From: Candidatus Saccharimonadota bacterium
GTDB lineage: Bacteria; Patescibacteriota; Microgenomatia; UBA1406; GWC2-37-13
Reading direction: 5' to 3'
NCBI GenBank assembly: GCA_001790095.1
Contig: MGBH01000001.1
Coordinates: 1,020,001-1,052,000 of the forward strand
Length of the DNA: 32,000 bases
The translations under genes and the position numbers were made by a program. Shown here one piece after another: positions 26,440 to 32,000 of this stretch. Every line of letters starts with the position of its first letter. The stretch's first letter is position 1. The notes beneath the pieces are model-generated. The model did no database searches and had not been told where the DNA came from. It worked only from the letters and a program-made list of their open reading frames with translations.

Positions 26440-27573
26440 TTAATTTATAAATGTCTTAATGATTACAGAATTAGTAACAAGAGGTGTGATGGTGTAGTCA
26501 CCAGCCTCTTTAAAAACGAAACACGAATGTCCCTGTGCCAATGTCACATTCCCATCAGGGGCTGAGACATTCACCCTCCCAGCGCGAACATAAAGATGGG
26601 AAAAAGGACCCACCTGTGTTTCTTTTTGAGGACCTTCAATCTCAACAATCTCTAAGGAGTAAAGAGGAGTAAAGAGCAATTTTTTACCCTGTGGTTTTTT
26701 TAGTGCAAATAACAGATTATTTCGCTTGGGGTCAGTGTCAATAAGGCGGAAATAGTCCTCAACGTGGATTTTCCTTATTGATCCGTCATCCTTGATCTTT
26801 CCGCGATCAAACGCGCGGATTGTTGAGATGGGATCCATTCGGTCTTGCTGCACCTCAAGAAGAACGTTGCCAAGAGGATTGTTTTTTTTGTCCTCTTCCC
26901 ATGAATGATGTATCCCGCCGGTACTTAAATCAACAAGAGTGTGTTTTTCAATGGAGTGGATATTTACATATTTCCAAGGGTTAAGCTGTGAAATAAAGGC
27001 GTGGGCTGTGCTTCGGGCAGATGCGACATCGATTTCACCCAACTTAATACGTTGACTTAAAACCAACATCTCTTTATCAATTTTTAAACAAGCCGCTTTG
27101 TATTCTTCCATGTTTGCTCCTTGTTTGATACCATATGAAAGAAGGCCTGGTTCAAGATAATACCAAGACTCAGCCTTAGGAATCCAGTGAGGATGTGTTT
27201 GTCCTTGTCTGAGATGAATCTGAAAAGAGTTGCCAAACGACTGTGTAATTTTTATCAGGGGGATTGTTGTTGTTTTGTCAAACACGTTAGACAGCTCTAC
27301 ATAGTCAACACCTTCCTTATATGGAAAAAAATCCTTGTTTGTTAATGTCTCATCTGCAGAGCCGATCTCAGGTACAAAATGCGGATCGCTTGAATCATTA
27401 ATATTGAGAAGCAGTTTTGTTCCGCTAAACAGTTCATATCCTTGCCCGATTTTTTGGTTACTTAAAAAAGGAAGATGTGAAAAACCCTTCAAAGTAATAA
27501 TATAGGTACCTCCCCATGTGGGCTGGGGGATGAGTTTGGAGATGATAAGATATGGTTTTCTTCTTGAAAACAT
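26440..27573 (-). CDS. type I mannose-6-phosphate isomerase-like cupin
   Basis: QPTWGG, IPLIKITQSFGNSFQIHL, AESWYYLE and LLEVQQDRMDPISTIRAFDRGKIKDDG parallel the COG1482 ManA blocks (WGG, PLLxKxxxxxxxLSxQVHP, KTExWYIL, EIQQxSDxTYRxYDYxR). Lies 10 nt upstream of the cPGI gene. Confidence 0.65.
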   Translation of the reverse strand: MFSRRKPYLIISKLIPQPTWGGTYIITLKGFSHLPFLSNQKIGQGYELFSGTKLLLNINDSSDPHFVPEIGSADETLTNKDFFPYKEGVDYVELSNVFDKTTTIPLIKITQSFGNSFQIHLRQGQTHPHWIPKAESWYYLEPGLLSYGIKQGANMEEYKAACLKIDKEMLVLSQRIKLGEIDVASARSTAHAFISQLNPWKYVNIHSIEKHTLVDLSTGGIHHSWEEDKKNNPLGNVLLEVQQDRMDPISTIRAFDRGKIKDDGSIRKIHVEDYFRLIDTDPKRNNLLFALKKPQGKKLLFTPLYSLEIVEIEGPQKETQVGPFSHLYVRAGRVNVSAPDGNVTLAQGHSCFVFKEAGDYTITPLVTNSVIIKTFIN

Positions 27574-27619
27574 ACAAAAGGTTTTATTATACTATCCTAA
27601 TATTTTGTATAATACAAGA

Positions 27620-28543
27620 GTGGAAAAAAAAGGAAGAACATATGTTTATCTGAAAGCGCTTCGCGTAAATCAGTGGATTAAAAACTTTATTGTTTTTACC
27701 GCTATTATTTTTTCAGGGACACTGTTTGAGCTACCTCTTTTTTTACAAACTCTTTCTGCCTTCTTTATTTTTTGTCTGCTTTCTTCCACATCATATCTTC
27801 TGAACGACATCATTGATTATCCCTACGACATCAAACATCCGGTGAAAAAGAATAGACCTATTGCCTCAGGAAAGATAAGCATACAGCATGCAACCTTCCT
27901 TGTTTTCTTTTTGACCGTAATCTCACTTCTTACCTCTCTTTTTGTGTCGCTTCCTTTTTTCTTTTTGTCGCTTCTCTTCATCTTGCTTCATTTTTTTTAT
28001 TCTCTTTATCTTAAAAAATTTCCAACTGTTGATATTTTTTCCATCTCTTTTTCTTTTATGATACGAGCCTATGCCGGAGAAGTAGTGACGGGGTTTCATA
28101 TCCCCATATGGCTTACTTTGACGATATTTTTTATCTCTCTTTTTATGGCAACCATAAAAAGACATGCGGAATTAGTCAATCACGGGCGAGAAACACGTGA
28201 ATCTCTGTATCGATACAAAGAGCACTATCTAGATTTTTTGACAAACACCTTTGCGACAGCCACAATCATTGCATATGCTACCTATACATATGTCGAACGG
28301 ATCCCGCAGGTAAAAACAGTTCTTTCAAGCTTCACCGAAACCCTCATTCCAGCCCTTGAAGTACGTAAATGGATGATGGTTACGGTGCCACTTGTTGTCT
28401 ATGGAGTGGCTCGCTATGCACAGCTTCTTTATGAAAGAGATGAAGGAGAAAGGCCAGAAAAGATAATTACACAAGACAAGCCACTTGTAATAACAATAAT
28501 ACTGTGGGTGACGACTATCGTTTTACTTATCTACGTCCTGTAG
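27620..28543 (+). CDS. UbiA-family prenyltransferase, decaprenyl-phosphate phosphoribosyltransferase (DPPR synthase)-like
   Basis: LKALRVNQWIKNFIVF N-terminus and the Asp-rich motif LLNDIIDYPYDIKHPVKKNRPIASG, with about 8 TM segments. The start is uncertain (TTG 27605 or GTG 27620); the track start at 27518 overlaps the divergent PMI gene. Confidence 0.7.
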   Translation: MEKKGRTYVYLKALRVNQWIKNFIVFTAIIFSGTLFELPLFLQTLSAFFIFCLLSSTSYLLNDIIDYPYDIKHPVKKNRPIASGKISIQHATFLVFFLTVISLLTSLFVSLPFFFLSLLFILLHFFYSLYLKKFPTVDIFSISFSFMIRAYAGEVVTGFHIPIWLTLTIFFISLFMATIKRHAELVNHGRETRESLYRYKEHYLDFLTNTFATATIIAYATYTYVERIPQVKTVLSSFTETLIPALEVRKWMMVTVPLVVYGVARYAQLLYERDEGERPEKIITQDKPLVITIILWVTTIVLLIYVL

Positions 28544-28584
28544 CACTTGACAAACACGCACCCATTCTTTTACAATAAATCAAT

Positions 28585-28989
28585 ATGAAAACAATTAAAG
28601 CCCTTGGATCCAAACTTCAGTATGTATTTTTACCCTTTTTTACCGTATATGCGGCAAATTGGAGTGGAGAAGCAAACGTGTCAACCACATTTCAGATTCC
28701 CTCCCTTCCCGATGTAATCTCTTTCTTTATTAAATTCTTTTTCTTTCTTGCAGGTCTTGCAGCCCTTCTCTATCTTTTACTAGGTGCATTTGGTTGGGTG
28801 ACCTCATCTGGAGACAAAGAAGCTGTGAAAAAAGCTCAAGACAAAATCCAGGCCGCGGTGGTTGGTCTTGTGGTGATCGTCGTAGTGCTTGCCCTTATGG
28901 TAACCCTAGAACAATTTGTATTTAACAAGAAATTTTGTCTTGGCATATCTTGTCCGGTCAATTTCTCACAATACATATTGTTGAAATAA
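28585..28989 (+). CDS. VirB2/TrbC-like type IV secretion pilin family protein
   Basis: Signal peptide ending FFTVYA/AN, then two hydrophobic helices split by a short charged loop (GAFGWVTSSGDKEAVKKAQDKIQAAVVGLVV). Paralog of the next gene. Confidence 0.65.
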   Translation: MKTIKALGSKLQYVFLPFFTVYAANWSGEANVSTTFQIPSLPDVISFFIKFFFFLAGLAALLYLLLGAFGWVTSSGDKEAVKKAQDKIQAAVVGLVVIVVVLALMVTLEQFVFNKKFCLGISCPVNFSQYILLK

Positions 28990-29006
28990 TCAGTCTTTAA
29001 ATCTTT

Positions 29007-29357
29007 ATGCTTCCTTTATTTGCAGTATATGCCCAAGGGATTCAAGAGTGGAATGATTCTGGATGTATGGTGGATGGTGTTCCAACCCTCAAATGTTTTG
29101 AGGTAGTGTTTGGCAACATTCTCTTCATGGCTTCAGCCCTCATAGTACTCGTGCTCTTTATCATGTTTGTTATGGGGTCTTTTAACTATCTGACATCTCT
29201 TGGTAATCCTGAAAAGATCAAAAAAGCACAAGGTACACTTAAGTACGCACTCGTAGGGTTTGTGCTTTTTGTGAGCTCATTTCTTATCCTCAAAATAATC
29301 GACCTGCTTTTCTTAGGAGGAAACGGAGAGATCTTTCAGTTTAAGATTGGAGAATAA
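29007..29357 (+). CDS. VirB2/TrbC-like type IV secretion pilin family protein (paralog)
   Basis: GSFNYLTSLGNPEKIKKAQGTLKYALVGFVL has the same helix-loop-helix core as the upstream gene. The very short leader MLPLFAVYA/QG matches the cleavage region of the upstream paralog. An in-frame TAA lies 9-7 nt upstream of the ATG (two codons between). Confidence 0.6.
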   Translation: MLPLFAVYAQGIQEWNDSGCMVDGVPTLKCFEVVFGNILFMASALIVLVLFIMFVMGSFNYLTSLGNPEKIKKAQGTLKYALVGFVLFVSSFLILKIIDLLFLGGNGEIFQFKIGE

Positions 29358-29359
29358 AC

Positions 29360-29509
29360 TTACTTTGTCGGGCTGACAAATATAACTTTTACACCCTTGT
29401 TTTCGGGGATCGGTGATATGATCTTACCCGATTCATAAAAAAAACCAAATAAAGTGAAAAGAAGAAGTGCGAGACCTACTCCAATAAGCACAACACCTAT
29501 TGCTCTCAT
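29360..29509 (-). CDS. possible 49-aa single-pass membrane peptide
   Basis: Below the ORF-track size cutoff. ATG at 29509, 5 nt after the GT2 stop: MRAIGVVLIGVGLALLLFTLFGFFYESGKIISPIPENKGVKVIFVSPTK. It fills an otherwise empty 157-nt gap. No homology is recognisable. Confidence 0.3.
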   Translation of the reverse strand: MRAIGVVLIGVGLALLLFTLFGFFYESGKIISPIPENKGVKVIFVSPTK

Positions 29510-29514
29510 AATAT

Positions 29515-30447
29515 CTATAAATTAATTTTTTCCTCAATGAGATAGGGGGGTCTTTTTTGGACCTCAGTATATATCTTACTTATATATTCGCCAATAATAC
29601 CGATGGTGATAAGTTGTACTCCTCCCAAGAACATGATTCCCACAAAAAGAGCGGTCCATCCTGTAATCCAGTAATCAGGAAGAAGTATTTTGCCGACAAT
29701 TGCGTATAAAATACCCAAAAACCCAACGGTTGCTGAAAAGAAACCCGCATATGAGGCAAGACGAAGAGGTTTGGTGGAAAAGGTGGTGATACCCTCCAGC
29801 GCAAAATTGAGCATCTTTGAAAAGGTATAATGGGTTTCTCCTGCATGCCGACGCTCCCGTTTGAAATATACATACGAGGCAGGATATCCTCCCCAAGCGA
29901 CCAAGCCACGTAAAAATCGTGCGCGTTCGGGAAGATCGTTTAAAAACGTGACGATCTCTTGATCAAGTAATCGGTAGTCACCGACTTCTTGAGGGATTGG
30001 GGAATCAGAAAGGAAGTTTATGATTTTGTAAAAAATCGAAGCGGTAGTCTTTTTGAAAAACGAATCTACGTCTCTTTTTTCACGGCGTGCATATACGATT
30101 TTGGATCCTTTTTCCCATTCCTCAACCATCTGGGGAATGATCTCAGGCGGGTCTTGCAGGTCAGAATCGATTGTGACCACGCAGTTGCCATGAGCGTGTT
30201 TATAACCGGCAGACAATGCCATCTGATGACCAAAGTTGCGGTAAAAAGAGATGAGCTTAATGTTTTTATCATTTTCACCCGCTTCTTTTATAGTCTTTGC
30301 CGTTTTATCTGATGATCCATCATTTACAAAGATGATTTCGAAGTTGTATGTGCGGACAATGGGAAGAACGCGGTCAAGAAGAGGTTTTATGTTTTTTTCC
30401 TCGTTAAAAACAGGAATGATGACAGAAAGTAAAAAATTATTTTGCAT
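29515..30447 (-). CDS. GT2 polyprenyl-phosphate glycosyltransferase (DPM1/Ppm1/GtrB/ArnC-like) with two C-terminal TM helices
   Basis: LSVIIPVFNEEKNI, IIFVNDGSSDKT and VVTIDSDLQDPPE (DxD), then two C-terminal hydrophobic helices. Confidence 0.85.
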   Translation of the reverse strand: MQNNFLLSVIIPVFNEEKNIKPLLDRVLPIVRTYNFEIIFVNDGSSDKTAKTIKEAGENDKNIKLISFYRNFGHQMALSAGYKHAHGNCVVTIDSDLQDPPEIIPQMVEEWEKGSKIVYARREKRDVDSFFKKTTASIFYKIINFLSDSPIPQEVGDYRLLDQEIVTFLNDLPERARFLRGLVAWGGYPASYVYFKRERRHAGETHYTFSKMLNFALEGITTFSTKPLRLASYAGFFSATVGFLGILYAIVGKILLPDYWITGWTALFVGIMFLGGVQLITIGIIGEYISKIYTEVQKRPPYLIEEKINL

Positions 30448-30485
30448 TTCTAATAGCTAAAAGCTAACGATTTAAAACCAATTTG

Positions 30486-30556
30486 TTACGGGGCCAGGAG
30501 TCGAACCATGGTCTAGGAGATTATGAGCCTCCTGTGCAGCCGTACACTACCCCGTA
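30486..30556 (-). tRNA. tRNA with CAU anticodon (elongator Met or Ile2), non-canonical T-stem
   Basis: The reverse complement reads TACGGGG TA GTGT ACGGCT GCAC A GGAGG CTCATAA TCTCC TAGA CCATGG TTCGACT CCTGG CCCCGTA A. The acceptor stem is a perfect 7 bp with U1:A72. The D-loop is 6 nt. The T-stem needs a bulged U or two mismatches. No encoded CCA. Confidence 0.65.
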
Positions 30557-30590
30557 TTTAAGCTATCTTATTATACTCAGTTCAAAGAAG

Positions 30591-30932
30591 CTAATCAACC
30601 TGAAAAAATACATTCAACCATTGGCGATAGACAGGCAGGGCTGGGGTGATGATGGGTGTTGGTGAGGGTGAGGGAAGGGGGATTATGATTGCGATTTCAT
30701 CGGGTCTAAGGAGTCCTAATTTGTTTCGAATTGTTTTTTCTACCTCATAGACGCTTGTTTTACGAAGTTTTTGGGTTTTAAGAGCTATGTTTTTTTTCTC
30801 TTCTGAGGCGACTTCTTCTTTATAGCTTTTATAAAAGGATAGGTTTTTTCGAAAGCCGGTCAAATTTTTATAAAGAGAAAGCATAAGAAATAAAAAAAGA
30901 AAAGCAAAGAATAAGCGCTTTAGTAGCCACAT
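30591..30932 (-). CDS. septum formation initiator (FtsB/DivIC/FtsL-like) protein
   Basis: N-terminal TM helix, a coiled-coil-like segment, then VEKTIRNKLGLLRPDEIAII (the family-typical xIARxxLGxxxPxE block) and a Pro-rich tail. Confidence 0.6.
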   Translation of the reverse strand: MWLLKRLFFAFLFLFLMLSLYKNLTGFRKNLSFYKSYKEEVASEEKKNIALKTQKLRKTSVYEVEKTIRNKLGLLRPDEIAIIIPLPSPSPTPIITPALPVYRQWLNVFFQVD

Positions 30933-30948
30933 AATAGAAAGTATAACA

Positions 30949-31392
30949 TCATTCCCTCTTCATGTTTTGCAGCGTCTTTATGATGCGAGAAGAGTCGGCC
31001 TTTGTTTTAAGTTCTTTTATACATATACCAATGAGAGCTTTGGGGCTAGTCGCATAGAGATCTTTATTTTTCTCAACGACCGTTTCAACTTCTTTTTTCA
31101 ACTCCTCATCTGTCAGCTCAAGGGGAAGATAGGTAAGGACGATCGCAAGCTGTTTTTGATACTCTGTCACAAGATCGAGTCTTTTGCCCTGTGCAAAAGA
31201 CTGTATTGATTCGTTAAGCTCTTTCTTTATTTTTTGAAGAACAGATATGGCTTCTTCATCGGTCAGTTCGCGCTGGAGTGCTATTTCTTTATTCTTAACC
31301 TGTGATACAATGTATCTGATCGTATCAAGCTTGATTTGGTCTTTTGCTTTTTGAGCAGTTAACTGATCAGCTTGTAATTTTTGTTTTATCAT
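30949..31392 (-). CDS. GatB/YqeY domain protein
   Basis: MIKQKLQADQLTAQKAKDQIKLDTIRYIVSQVKNKEI...TDEEAISVLQKIKKE is the YqeY N-terminal pattern. 147 aa. Confidence 0.75.
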   Translation of the reverse strand: MIKQKLQADQLTAQKAKDQIKLDTIRYIVSQVKNKEIALQRELTDEEAISVLQKIKKELNESIQSFAQGKRLDLVTEYQKQLAIVLTYLPLELTDEELKKEVETVVEKNKDLYATSPKALIGICIKELKTKADSSRIIKTLQNMKRE

Positions 31393-31408
31393 TCCATAAT
31401 TATATCCT

Positions 31409-31813
31409 ATGAAAAAAAAGATTCAACGAGACGCACTTGTGCTTCTGGGGATGTTCCAAAAAGATGTTCTGTTGAAAAAACCAGACATTAAGGAAATGAT
31501 AGCTGAGATACACATGATGAGGTTTAGGGTTAAACCGCTTCAGGGAGACCTCTCTGGTATCAATTTTTATAACAGCCTGTTTATAGAGACCTTGTGGAGT
31601 CTGGGTAAGCTTGATGAGTTTTTTCAGGCACAGTATCGGCAGTTAAGCGAAAAAGAGAGGGCGTCTTTTTATAGCTATTTTGATTCATTGCATAAGAAGT
31701 TCCAGGAAGACCTAAACAGGCTCAATTTAAAACAAGAGCGTCGTGAAGGGAAAGCTCCAGTATTGGAGATGGAGATCTACAAAGACAGGCAGAAAAAGAA
31801 AAAACTTAATTAA
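31409..31813 (+). CDS. hypothetical protein
   Basis: 134-aa ORF in an otherwise unoccupied interval with a Lys-rich tail. No recognisable family. Confidence 0.45.
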   Translation: MKKKIQRDALVLLGMFQKDVLLKKPDIKEMIAEIHMMRFRVKPLQGDLSGINFYNSLFIETLWSLGKLDEFFQAQYRQLSEKERASFYSYFDSLHKKFQEDLNRLNLKQERREGKAPVLEMEIYKDRQKKKKLN

Positions 31814-31830
31814 TAATTAGCCAAACATAC

Positions 31831-32000
31831 GTGAAAAAATTTCCTGTTGTATTTGATTTGGAAACAAAATATACATTTCGCGAATACGCCGAACCGAAAA
31901 AACTGGGAATAACCGTCCTGTCTGTCTATGATTATGCTACAGGAGTAGGTAAAACATATACGGAGGGGGAGCTCGCCATGGTGTTTCCGGTATTTGAGAA
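31831..32000 (+). CDS. possible DEDD-type 3'-5' exonuclease / RNase H-like fold protein (N-terminal fragment, runs off the window)
   Basis: GTG at 31831 opens a frame that stays open to the window end: VKKFPVVFDLETKYTFREYAEPKKLGITVLSVYDYATG... VVFDLET resembles the ExoI DxE motif. Confidence 0.4.
   Translation, partial: MKKFPVVFDLETKYTFREYAEPKKLGITVLSVYDYATGVGKTYTEGELAMVFPVFE

Noticed and set aside
1-32000. Checked by eye for CRISPR arrays, rRNA genes, transposase/IS ends and signs of an alternative genetic code (UGA recoding).
   Set aside because: I noticed no regularly spaced direct repeats and no rRNA-like conserved blocks. No transposase-like ORFs appear in the track. Conserved genes such as dnaA, dnaN and PBP2 read full-length with the standard code.

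Overview
Gene-dense, AT-leaning bacterial chromosomal segment. Gaps between genes are often 4-17 nt, and three convergent gene pairs overlap at their stop codons. The gene content suggests a small-genome Patescibacteria/CPR-type organism; this is inference only. The standard genetic code fits, since long ORFs read through cleanly.

Supported content:
- Replication origin region: dnaA-dnaN on the minus strand, a perfect inverted pair of TTATCCACA DnaA boxes upstream of dnaA, further box variants plus an 18% GC stretch between dnaA and dnaN, and a gene-orientation switch at the same point.
- Cell-wall genes: PBP2 and a class-A beta-lactamase-fold hydrolase.
- A guaC-gpt-PNP purine salvage operon.
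- Four tRNAs, none with an encoded CCA: Pro-GGG, Ala-GGC, Pro-UGG, and a non-canonical CAU tRNA.
- A VirD4/TraD-like ATPase.
- A Xer-like tyrosine recombinase homolog that has lost several catalytic residues, including the Tyr nucleophile.
- A roughly 9 kb envelope-glycan neighbourhood (21.8-30.4 kb). It holds two PIG-V-like GT-C paralogs (a third lies at 10.8 kb), another polytopic membrane protein, a cupin-type (archaeal-type) PGI plus a type I PMI, a DPPR-synthase-like UbiA prenyltransferase, a polyprenyl-phosphate GT2, and two tandem VirB2/TrbC-like pilin genes.

Most interesting leads:
- Both pilins carry D/E-X-N-X-S/T sequons just after their predicted signal cleavage sites, within a candidate lipid-linked glycan/pilin-glycosylation module.
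- The degenerate Xer homolog sits next to the origin.
- An unknown ~330 aa domain is fused to a GNAT and paired with a DUF488 gene, behind an orphan terminator-like hairpin.
- A long AU-rich inverted-repeat element lies at 12.4 kb.

No CRISPR array, rRNA or clear mobile element was seen.
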